From Torpedo marmorata (lineage: Eukaryota), in NCBI GenBank assembly GCA_977017645.1, contig OZ360231.1, positions 54,064,001 through 54,128,000 of the forward strand: 64,000 bases of DNA. Reading direction: 5' to 3'. Shown one piece after another: positions 12,901-24,900 of this stretch (positions within the stretch are counted from its first letter, which is position 1; the number at the start of each line of letters is the position of its first letter). The position numbers and the translations under genes were made by a program. The notes below the pieces were generated by a model. It worked only from the letters and a program-made list of their open reading frames with translations, searched no databases and had not been told where the DNA came from.

Positions 12901-15900
12901 TTCACAACAATTAACCCCACTATAAACACTATTCTTATCTAAAAGGTGTGTGTGTGTGTGTGTGTAAAGCCCAGACCATTACAGTCTGTGCCCAACCCTC
13001 ATGTAAAAATGGAAAAACTTTCCCCAAAAACCCCAGGTCAGTCATATAAAAAAAGTCAGTCAAAAAAAAATAATACAGTCCACAAAAATTCACTCTCTAT
13101 GTTCAGGATCCAAATTCAGCTCTGTGTGCTGGCAAGAAGGACTTCTTTTTTTAAAAAAAAAATATTTTATTTAAAATTTTAAATCACAAAATACATAAGG
13201 TAAAATATAAAATTATCAAAATACTTGTGATACATTTTCACCCCCCCTCCCACCCTCCCCTCCCATCCCTACTAATCTAATAAAATAAAAAGAAAGAAAA
13301 AGATAGAGTAAGGAGAATGTCAATCTAATGAACATTGGAGAGAGACAATGACTGTTTATGCTTACGAATACTTGGCTTGCTTTTCTTCTCTGATGACTTT
13401 CCCTTTTGGTAGAGATTCACGAGGATTGTGACTCCAAATCAGTATACCACTGATTGAGGCGTGTACTTGGATCTCACAGCTGGTCTCGCTGATCTCACGC
13501 CTGTTCTCCACAAAAGTTGCTTTAACTCATGATTTTGCTGAGACAGGAGGCCATCCAAGTGCTCTTCTCCCAGCCTTTTTCCCTGGGATGCACAAGCCTG
13601 GATTTTGCTGTGTTCTCTAGCCTTTGCAACTCCAAACTGTATGCTTTTTGCAGAGGTTTGCACCTGCTTTTGCAAAAGTGCAACAAAGTATCTCTCCACA
13701 GTCTCTCTCTCTCTCTCTCTCTGGTGTCTCTCTCTCTCTGTGAGTACAAAAAGTCCTGGGCAAGTTAACTCTTTCAGTACCAGGTCCCAGTGTGTACTCC
13801 AAAAGACTTCATCCTTCCTGCTGACTGTCCGCAGTCCAAATGGTCAGTCATGGTCCATAACAATAGTCTTTCAGTCGTTCTGGCGGACGTTTTTCCCGTT
13901 TTGATTGTCTCAGAGAGAGGTCAACTCTGTCGGGATATTTTGCGGACTCTTCGCCTTTTGGGGTGGTACCTCGGTTGGTGGTAAGGACTGTGAACTTGAT
14001 CTTTGGTGAACCTCACTCGGCTGTTGTATAGGACTGGGTTGTTGAAGAGACTGGACTGTTGAGGGCTACTTGGTTGAGGAGGGGTCTCCCTTCTCACGGA
14101 TATTTCTGGAGCCCAGGGAATTTCATCTGGAAGCTCATCGGGATCTTGTGCCGAAGGCGTGGCCATAGGATCATCTACTGCTCTTAACTGGTCGATGTGT
14201 CGTTTCCATATTTTAGTTCCCACCAGTATAGAATAAGAACAGGGACTTAGTTTTTTTAAGAATAACCCCTCTTATCCACGGCTCTTTGGAGTCTCGGTAA
14301 TCCCGTACCAGTACTCGCTCTCCCACTTCTAGAGATCTGGTAGGGTGCAGATAAGACATGTCGTATATTATTATTATGTAGGAATACTTTAAAAGCATCC
14401 GATACAAACTGTGGACCATTATCGGAAACCAGTTCAATAGGCAATCCATATAACGCAAATATACTTCGTAGTCTTTCAATGGTCTGGTCTGTTGTTGTTT
14501 TTTTCATGTGGGATGGACCAGCGAAATCAATGTGAATTCTGTGCCATGGTTGCGATGGCCATTTCCATGGATTAGCTTCGGCTTGAGGAGCTTTGGGTTG
14601 CATATCTTGACAAATGCCACATCTTCTTACTGTTTGTTCAATATCAATGCCTATTGAGGGCCACCAGACATGCATACGTGCCTATGCCTTCATCCGAACC
14701 ATCCCGGCCGGGGTGGTTGTTATGGAGTTCGGATAACATGGCCGTCTGCCATTTTGTAGGGATGATTGTTCTGGTTCCCCACAATAAACAACCTTCTTCA
14801 ATTGATATCTCCTGCCGTCGTGTATAAGGTCTTAGCTCTTCAGAAATAGCTTCGACCTCGGGCCATCCATTTAATGTGAAGTATAGGACTTTTGATAGTG
14901 TAGCTTCTTTCCGTACTTCTTTGCTGATCGTCTTTGCCGTAATTGATAAGCGGTGAAGTTGTTCTTGATTAATAGCTGTAGCTTCTGCCGTACATTTAAT
15001 TATCTCGTCTTTTTGTTCAGTTTCTGGTAGCGGTAAGCGAGACAGAGCATCAGCATGGTTGTTTTGTGTTGCTGGTTTATGTTTCAAATCGTAATTACCA
15101 GTATACACGGCGAGCATCATGGCCCACCTTTAAATTCTTGTTGCAGCTAGCACTGGTATCCCCTTTTTAGGGCCTAGAATCAAACTTAGTGGTTTGTTGT
15201 CTGTTACTAAGGTAAATTTCCTGCCATATAAGTATTGGTGGAATCGTTTGACACCAAATATTATGGCCAGCCCTTCTTTTTCCAGTTGTACATAATTACA
15301 TTCACAAGTCGTCAAAGACCGGGAGGCATAAGCAACCGGTTGTTCTCCTTTTTCTGTTATCTGTGACAACACTGCTCCTAATCCTACTGGTGAAGCATCC
15401 ACCGCAAGAGTCACTTCTTTTCCTAGGTCGTAGTGGATGAGAACATTGTAGCATGACGTTAATAGTTCTTTTAAGCGATCCACTACGTGACTAGTCTCTT
15501 CATTCCAGCACCATTTTTGGTCTTTTCTCAATAATTGGTTAAGAGGGCTGCATAGAGTTGACATATTTGGGATGTGCTTTTTATAATGGTTAACTAAACC
15601 CAGGAACGACTGCAATTCGGCGCGATTTGTGGGATAGGGTGCTCTGCGGACAGCTTCGGTACCTGCGGTGTCCATTCGGACTCCTTCACTGTTAATTGTA
15701 AAGCCTAAATATGTTATGGAAGGTACCATAAATACACACTTGCCTCGGCGCAGACGAACGAGGACTTTTTCTTGGTTGGATAGGTGTTCAGCGTCATCCT
15801 GGCCTGTAATTATAATGTCATCGAGGTAACATCCTACATTAATGCCATGTAATAATTTGTCCATGGTTGCTTGAAATATTGCCGGGGCTGCTGATATCCC

Positions 15901-18900
15901 ATATGGCATTCGGGTATAGGTGAATAACTCTAAGTGAGTATTGATTGCCACATATTTCTTGGAGTCTTCATCCAGTTCTATTTGCTGGTATGCTTGTGAT
16001 AAGTCCAGCTTTGTAAATTTCTTTCCTCTGTTCAGGGCTTGGAATAATTCTTCTGCTTTAGGCATTGGATGTTCCGGTATTTGCAACGCTTGGTTAACGG
16101 TGACTTTGTAGTCACCGCAAATTCGGATTTCTCCGTTGGCTTTGCGCACTGGCATGATGGGTGCTGCCCAATCGCTGTATTGGATTCTTTCCAGTATTCC
16201 GTCTTTTTCCAATCTCTGGAGTTCTGATTCAAATTTTTCTTTTATTGCAAATGGTACTGTTCTGGGTTTAAAGAACTTTGGTTCCACCTCTGACTTCAGG
16301 TGTAATTTTGCCTGGACTCCTTGGATTTTTCCCAGGTTTTTTTCGAAAACCGTCTGGTATTTCTTGAGAACTGGCTCAAGTTGTTGCTTGGCCTTATCTT
16401 GCTTGGCCTTATCTTCCAGGCCTAAGTTCATTATGGATCCAATTTCCATCCAGTCTAGTTGAATGTGTGACAGCCAGTTCCTTCCGAACAGCGCGGGCCC
16501 CTTGGTGTCAACGATGTAGAGGGTTAATCTTTTCGGTGTTTGATCTTTATATTTCACGTTTACGTTGCCTTTTCCAAACACCTTGACCTTCTCCCCCGTA
16601 ACTGTTTTTAACACCGTGTCGACCTCTTTAATGGTGAGGTGGGGTAGCAGTCGTCTTTTTAAATATAGTGGCATTAACGACACTGCTGCCCGTGTCCAAC
16701 TCCATTCGAATAGGTTCGTTATTAATTTTCACTTCGACGTAGAATTCCGATTTTTTATCGTTCAATCCGCGAACATACATGACTTGCACTGTTTTGTCTT
16801 CTTCCGAGTCATTTGTTTCAGTGCTGGTATTTTCATCCTTCTCTTCCACCACCCTTACTCCGTCCGGGTGAATGCTTTCCATATTTCAGTCCTTTCTTTC
16901 TATCCTTTTTACCTTTGTTTCTTGGACATTTGGATCTGATGTGACCCTGTTTATCACACAGATGGCATTTTGATCTTTTAAAATAACAATTATCAGGACT
17001 GTGATTGCGTTTCCCGCAGCGAAAGCATTCTTGGCGGGAAAATCTGCCCACCACTAGTGGATCGCCTTGGCTAATGTCCAAGTTATTATCGGCCATTTTG
17101 AAACCCAAGGCTGTATCATATGCTGAATCAAGTGTTACTTGTTTTTGACTTAGTAATCGTTGTCTGGCACTGCAGTCTGCTAAACCCATAACTAATCGGT
17201 TAAGAATTCACCAAACTCAAAATGTTGTGAAAGTTTACGTAACTCAGCCAAAAATTCGCTTACCGATTCGCCTGTTCTCTGTTTTCTGAAATAAAATCTT
17301 TGTCTTTCTGCCATTACAGGTGGTTTGGGGCTTAGATGTGCCCCTATTATACCACACAACTCTGCATAACTTTTTGTTCCTGGTCTTTCAGTTGAAATGT
17401 CTTACTTCCCATCTGGCTTAGAAATAGTGATCGTTTTCAGTTGAACGGCAGAGTCTCAGTAATATTATAGGCAAGAAAGTGATGAACAAATCGCTCTACA
17501 TAGTCATATACCAGTTTTCTTCGGAGTCCACGAACTTTCCAAACGGTGCTTCAGCCATTCTGAGTTTTTCTCTTCTTCTTTAGCTTTTCTAACAAGCTTC
17601 CTTATCTATTGTTTACCAAAACATCTTCTGGGCTTCCTGCCAATTCTGCTACCATTCCTTTTTAAATCTTCACTCCAATATCTGGAGCCCAGGGGAGGTC
17701 CGTTTGAATCCTCATCGCCAATCTGTCATGTATTCTATGTTAAGAAATACACTGCAGACAAAGGCATGATGCTTCGTTAGTCGTTTATTACAAATCTGAA
17801 AAATGTTTCTCCCGCCACACACAGTATATATCAGTCAGAACGTCATCACGTTGACGTGATGACGTCATACGCCTGTAGGTGTATACATAACATTTACTGT
17901 TGACCCTTTAATATACATTTCTTATCTATCATAGTTAACTTGCACCTCATTTGCACAGGAGCCACTGTAACGGCAGCGCTGCCGCTGGTGCGGACCCACG
18001 GGGAGCGAGGAGCGGACATACAGCGCTCTCGCGGGGTCCAACCGCCCAGCTGACTACCGTCAGCTCCGCACGGACTTTGAACTGCCCGTTAAAGGAGCCG
18101 ACGGTAGTTTTATTTAAAATCCCGCGACCGCGGGGTCTGCGCCCAAGATGGCAGCACCTCTGATCGGCAGCAGCCACGAGGGGTTGCAGACTCCATGGGA
18201 GCGGAGGACTGGCGCAGGGCACCAGAAAACGGGGAGACCATTCCCCGTCTGAGAAGGAGAAGCAGAGGAGACGACCCACAGGACGGTGGACTAGTGAGGG
18301 GGCTCTATGGCTGAAAGACCAATGCATGCGGCGGGCTGCTGGTGACTCGAGGCGAGGAACCCGCGGAGGCTGTGGGCTGCTGGAGACTGGCTCGAACTGG
18401 CTGAAGGGGTACCAGGTATCGGAACCGGGATGCGAGGGGGTGCCGAAGGTTTCCTGACCGTGTCGGAGGTTCGGATCTGGAGCTCGGGTTGCCAATGGTT
18501 TGGACTGGACTCTGTGTGGCTGCGGAGGCGAATCTACAGACACTGGGTGACTCTGAGGGGACTCTCTTTTGCTTCTCTTTCTCTGACTAAGAGGCGCTTC
18601 AGGCAATTTCTGCCGATGGCGAATCTGTCTGCCTTACAGCAGGCAAAAGGAATTTTGTGTAATATGACACTGTTTTATTGCATGACAATAAATTGAATCT
18701 TGAATTTGTCTTCAGTTTTCTTTACTCAGACTTAAGATCATGGTTTCAGAATGAAATAAATAACTTTCATTTTTATATAAAGGCTCCTTAGCTTCCAGAT
18801 CATTGATGAACCCTTTTCATTAAACAATATCAAATCTAAAATAGCCAGCTCCGTCATTTGTTCCTCAGTTATATTGATTTTGAACAATCTATTGTCCATG

Positions 18901-21900
18901 GAATGTACTTTGTCTTAACAACAATAAAAACAGGTCCTTGTTCTGCTAAGTCATTAAAATCCATTTCTAGTTAGCTTATCCCTGACAGTTCAAAGTCAAC
19001 TTTTCTAATAAATTCATCATTTAAATTTAAATATAGATAACACAAACAATAACGAAGGGCCCGGGGGATCATTCTCCATTGACCATGGACGGCTCTACCA
19101 TTGAGGTCGTAAAGAGTACCAAGTTTCTTGGAGTGCACTTGGCGGAGAGTCTCAGCTGGTCCCTCAACACCAGTTCCATAGTCAAGAAAGCCCAGCAGCG
19201 TCTTTACTTCCTGCGAAGGCTAAGGAAAGTTCATCTCCCACCCTCTATCCTTACTACATTCTACAGGGGATGTATTGAGAGTATTCTGAGCAATTGCATC
19301 ACCGCTTGGTTTGGAAACTGTACCATCTCGGACCGAAAGACCCTGTAGAGGATAGTGGGGTCAGCGGAGAAAATTATTGGAGTCTCTCTCCCCACCATGA
19401 CGGACATCTACAACACACGATGCATGAGGAAGGCTAAAAACATTGTGAAGGAGTTATCACACCCCTTTGGTAAACTGTTTTCCCTTTTGCCATCTGGAAG
19501 GAGGTACCGAAGCACTCGGGCTCGTACGTCCAGACTGTGCAACAGTTTTTTTCCCCCAAGCCATCAGGCTCCTCAATTCCTAGATATATATGTGTATTAG
19601 CATGTTATAGTTTTTCTATTGTATTATGATATTTATGTACATCTGCCCATGGTCCTGGAGAAACGCTATCTCGTCTTACTGTGTATATGGTAATGAATGA
19701 CAAATAAAGGTGACTTGACTTGAACGAAGAGTTTATACCTTGTAATTATTTATCTACATACCTCTGCTTCTGCATGGGCTCTTTGGCAACGATACTGTGC
19801 AATTAAACGATCCGCCTGCGCTAGGGCCAGTGCTTTAGCTTCTAATAAGTCCTGTAAACGATTTTCTTTGGACTAAGCAAACAGGCATGTTAAACATTAA
19901 CGTCAAAATTGAAACAGGTTTCCATATAAAAAGTAGTCCTGCAAATTTCAAAATACTAATGCTAAATATTATGCGATAGGCAAGTTTCCACAATGTTGCT
20001 TCAGTGAAGAAAGGTTTGTAAATTAATACACATACAATTTTCTTGCTTCATGGGTTGAATTTTGCAGCAAAATGCCACTGAGCTTGGGACTTCTATGCAA
20101 GTGCAAACTTATAAATTCATTGGCAGTTTCTGCAAAAAAAAATGGAGCTGAAGCATGGCAGCACTTTGCAAGGTGCTCCCAGATCTCCCTGCAATTGCAC
20201 CTTTTTATTGTGAATTACTTGTACTGTACTATGTACGAGCTGTCTACTGGTCTGCTGACAAAACAACCTCTATCACTGCATTTTGGGACACATGACAATA
20301 AACAAACTTGAAGAATAGTGACTCCATTCCTTTGCACAATTGCTAAGGACAAGTATCAGATAATTTATATATTAATTCCATTTTATTAAATTATTTAGTT
20401 TGTTACTTTAAAAATATGAATACCTTTAACTATTTTAAATATTTTTGAGATTTTATTTGCAACTGAATTTCACAGATATTGAAACATTGAATGATTTAAT
20501 AGGCTTGTCAAATGGTCAGAAACTTTATGCCCATTCATTTTAATAGATAGAAACTATAGCGAGAAAGATTTTCATATTATGTTCACATTTTAAATGTTTG
20601 TTTTAATGAATAATAATTTAACTTTTTCTGGTAATTTAATGGTTTACTTTGCTTTTAATTTCAAAAAGCTTTTGAATAGTTAATGATATTTAGAAGCACA
20701 CAAAAGTCATTACAACTTTGAAGGTTGGCAAAGCTATAGCTTTACCCGTTGCAGTGACTTGTCTCACTGCATGGCTATGTTCTGGCCCATCCATGTGACC
20801 ATATCATATCACTCAAGGTTATTTTGGATACAGAGCAAGTTTTTGTCAGGGGATCATCAACGGAAAAATATTTTCAGATGCAAAAAAACGAGTTGCCAGA
20901 GGAACTCAGTGGGCCAGGCAGAATCTGCAGAGGGAAATGGACAATTGACACTTGAGGTTGAGACCCTTCATCTGGATAGATGAAGAGTCTTTACCTAAAA
21001 TGCTGAATGCCCATTTCCCTCTAGCACAACTCACTGAGTTCCACCAGCAGCTCATTTCTTTGTTCCAGATTCCAGCATCTGCAGTCTCGTGTCTCAAAGT
21101 TTTTTCTTAAGTCAGCAGCAAAAATAAGAAGCAGAATCAGGTGTAGGATGTTTGGGACTGCTTTGCCATTCAGTAAGATCACATCTGATCTTTTACCTCA
21201 GTGCCTCTTTCGTACTCAATACCCAAAATTCAACCAGTTTCCCTCAAATATACTCAGCAACTGATCCATCTCAGTTCATTTGAATAGAGAATCCCTGGTG
21301 GAAGTTTCAACCCTATAACATTTTAGGAATGTGACCCAAAAATATCTATCCATACCACGATATGTAATAATGTCAATAGCAAACTAAAATTAATGATGTG
21401 ATCAATATTAAATTTAAATGAGCAGATTATATAAAAAAATGATCTAGAAGTATTAAAAGTCAACAAGTTGCTTGCACTTTTCATGTTGGTTATGTTCATA
21501 TCTGAAAAAGATGCACATTACTTGTGAAGTAATTGTTGCTTGCCTCATTTATGATCTCAACTCTCGTGTTACAATGGTTGTATTAATCATGTAAATGTAT
21601 AGCTGCAGAATTCTATCTGATTTAAGTGATTAGGATTGTAATTAAAATGATTAATGGATTAAGTAGCATTTAAACAGAGTAGCTGTTATTAGTACTATAT
21701 TGTTATAATACTATAATTATAGTGAAATCTGGGAGCACTGTTTCTCTCAAGATTAGTGGAGAGTTTGAAATTATCTCACCAAAAGGTTGCAGTCGCAAGA
21801 TGAATGACTATTGTCAACATGGAGATTGATAGATCTTTGTTTAGGTACAGGTATCAAGGGATGTGGTACAAAGTTGGGTAAAAAGAATTGAGATAAAAAT

Positions 21901-24900
21901 CAGGAATGATGTAATAGGAAGGTGAACAGGTTTGAGCTGATTGTCTTTGCTCCCACATCCTTTCTCTATTCATGCCTTTCCTACTGCCCTTTTAACTAAT
22001 ATACATTGCATGGAAGACATTAGCAGTGTGCCAAATGTTGAAGGGTATCAGGGAAGGGAAGTGAGTGCAGTTACTATTTGAAGGGAGAAGGTGCTCAGAA
22101 AGCTGAATGGTCTAAGGGTGGATAAGTCTCCCACGATGGATTGCACCCTCGGGTTCGGAAAGAAGTAGCGGTAGAGATTGTGCAGGCATTGGTAATGATC
22201 TTTCAGGAATCAATAAATTCTGATATGGTCCCGGAGGACTGGAAAATCACAAATGTAATCCCACTATTCAAGAAGGCAGGGAGAAAGCCTGAGGTCAGTG
22301 GTTCGGAAGATGTTGGATTCAATTGTCAAGGATGAGGTTACGGAGTACTTGGAGGCACATGACAAGATAGGCTAAAGCCAGCATGGTTTCCTTAAGGGAA
22401 AATCTTGTTTGACAAACCTATTGGAATTCTTTGAAGTGACAAGCAGACTTGATAAAGGAGATGCAGTGGATATTGTGTATTTGAATTTTCAGGAGGCCTT
22501 TGACCAGGTGCCGCACATAAGAAGATAAGAGCCCATGGTATAACAGGGCAGAGCATTGGCTGATTGGCAGGAGCAGTCAGAATACAGGGATCATATCCTG
22601 GTTGGCTGGCAGTTGCTAGTGGTGTTCCACAGGGGTTCGTGTTGGGTCCGCTTCTTTTTATGTTGTATATTAATGATTTGGATGATGGAATGAATAGCTT
22701 TGTGGCCAAGTTTGCAGATGATATGAAGGTAGATGGAGGAGCAGGTAGTGTTGAGGAAACAGGGAGGCTGCAGAAAGACAGATTAGGAAAATGGACAGAA
22801 AAGTGGCAAATGAAATACAATGTTGGAAAATGTACAGACATGTACTTTGGTAGAAAAAATAAACGAGCAGACTATTTTTTAAATGAGGAGAAAATTGAAA
22901 GTACCCAGATCCAAAGGGACCTGGGGAGTCCTCGTGCAGAATAGCCTGAAGGTAAACTTGCATGTTGAGTCAGTGGTGAAGAAGGCAAATGCAATGCTGG
23001 CATTCACTTCAAGAGGAATAGAATGTAAGAGCAGGAATGTGATGTTGAGGCTTTATAAGGCACTGGTGAGACCTCACTTGGAATATTGTGAGCAGTTTTG
23101 GGCTCCTCATTTAAGAAAGGATATCCAGAGAGGGTTCACAAAGATGAATCTGGGAATGAAAGGATTATCATATTAGGCGTGCTTGACAGCTCTTAGCCTG
23201 TACTCGTTGGAATTTAGGAGAATGAGGGGGGATCTCATTGAAACATTTCAAATGTTGAAAGGTGTGGACAGAGTAGATGTAGAAAGGTTGTTTTCCATGG
23301 TGGAAGAGTCCAGGACAAGAGGGCACAATTTCATGATTGAAGGGTGTCCGCTTAGAACAGAGATGCGGAGGAATTTCTTTAGCCAGAGGGTGGTAAATCT
23401 GTGGAATTTGTTGTGTTATGGACCATGACTGACCATTTGGACTGCGGACCGTCAGCAGGAAGGATGAAGTCTTTTGGAGTACACACTGGGACCAGGTACT
23501 GAAAGAGTTACGGTAACTTGCCAAGGACTTGGTGTACCCAGAGAGAGAGAGACCAGAAAGAGACAGGCTGTGGAAAAGATACTTTATTGCACTTTTGCAA
23601 AAGCAGGTGCAAACCTCTGCAAAAAGGCATTCAGATTCAGTAGTAGTTTTGGAGTTGCAACAGGCTGGAAGAACACAGCAAAGTCCAGGCTTGTGCAGCC
23701 CAGGGGAAAAGGCTGGGAGAATAGCACATGGCCTCCTGTATCAGCAAAATCCTGAGTTAAAACAACTTTTGTGAAGAACAGGCGTGAGATCAGCAAGACA
23801 GGCTGAGATCCAAGTACATGCCTCAATCAGTGGTATACTGATTTGGAGTCGCAATCCTCGTGTATCATATAAAAGGGAAAGTCATCAGAGAAGAAAAGCA
23901 GGCCAAGCATTCGTAAGCTTAAACAGTTATTGTCTCTCTCTCCAACGTTCATTAAGAAGTCCTTCGTGCCAGCACACAGAGCTGAATTTGGACCCTGAAC
24001 ATAGAGAGTGAATTTTTGTGGACTGTATTTTTGGGAGTGACTTATTTTTATGACTGACCTGGGGGTTTTGGGGAAGGTTTTCCATTTTTACATGAGGGTT
24101 GGGCACAGACTGTAATGGTCTGGGCTTTACACACACACACACACACTCTTTAGATAAGAATAGTATTTGTAGACGTTTATAGTGGGGTTAATTGTTGTGA
24201 AATTATATGTTTAATTGTCTTTAATAAATATAAATTTCAATTTTACACCTTTTTCATTGCGTCTTCTGTCGTTGCTGGTTTGAGTTTGTAACAGTTGCCA
24301 CAGGCTGTTGTGGATGCTAGGTCATTGGCTGTATTTAAGACAGATAGGTTCTTGATTAGCCAGAGCATCAACGGTTATGGGGAGAAGGGCAAATTTCTAC
24401 AGAGGTGTGGTGGAAAATGTGCTGACCGGCTGCATCACGGTCTGGTATGGGAACACCAACATCCCTGAGCATAAAGCCCTCCAAAAGGTAGTGGACACAG
24501 CCCAGGACATCACAGGCAAAACCCTCCCCACTACTGAGTACATCTACAGGGAACTCTGCCGTCGGAGGGCAGCAGCAATCATCAAAGACCCGCACCACCC
24601 AGCATATGGTATGTTCTCGCTGCTGCCGTCAGGAAAGAGGTATAGGTGCCACAAGACTCGCACCACTAGGTTCAGGAACAGCTGCTACCCTCTACCATCA
24701 GACTCCTCAACGACAAACTGAATGAGAGACTCATTGAAGGACTATTACTTGTGCACTTTATTGATTTTCTTTTTGTTCTCTCTGTATTACACAGTCAGTT
24801 TGTTTACTGTTTACAGTTCTTTTATTTGTTTACATGTTTACGCTGTGTAGAGTTTATTTTTGCACTACCAATTAGTGGTAATTCTGCCACGCCCGCAGGA

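Larger units (their letters stand above)
7126..13862 (-). mobile_element. Gmr1-like Ty3/Gypsy LTR retrotransposon B (gag-PR-INT-RT-RH), nested in element A
   Basis: LTRs 7126-7972 and 12809-13862; 4-bp TSD ATAG; PBS TGGGGCACATCTGGGATT (tRNA-Pro-like); SCAN-like capsid, LRDTGA protease, integrase upstream of RT (YIDD) and RNase H. Confidence 0.93.
6704..17892 (-). mobile_element. Ty3/Gypsy LTR retrotransposon A (gag-PR-RT-RH-INT), decayed, host of nested element B
   Basis: 169-bp TG...CA LTRs at 6704-6872 and 17724-17892; TSD tttat/tttac; PBS TGGCGATGAGGAT (tRNA-Ser-like); PPT GGGGGGGAAGAG; two CCHC knuckles, ELDTG protease, YLDD RT, integrase fragments. Confidence 0.93.
6400..19020 (-). mobile_element. 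Old degraded CR1 fragment (about 6400-6703, 17893-17953, 18704-19020), split by later insertions
   Basis: The reverse complement resembles the CR1 ORF2 region upstream of RT (compare 57500-57810) and continues on both sides of the Gypsy insertion. Confidence 0.5.

Noticed and set aside
17947-18606. 219-aa minus-strand ORF as a novel gene
   Set aside because: Low-complexity Pro/Arg/Ser translation of a GC-rich repeat, with no motif and a non-ATG start.
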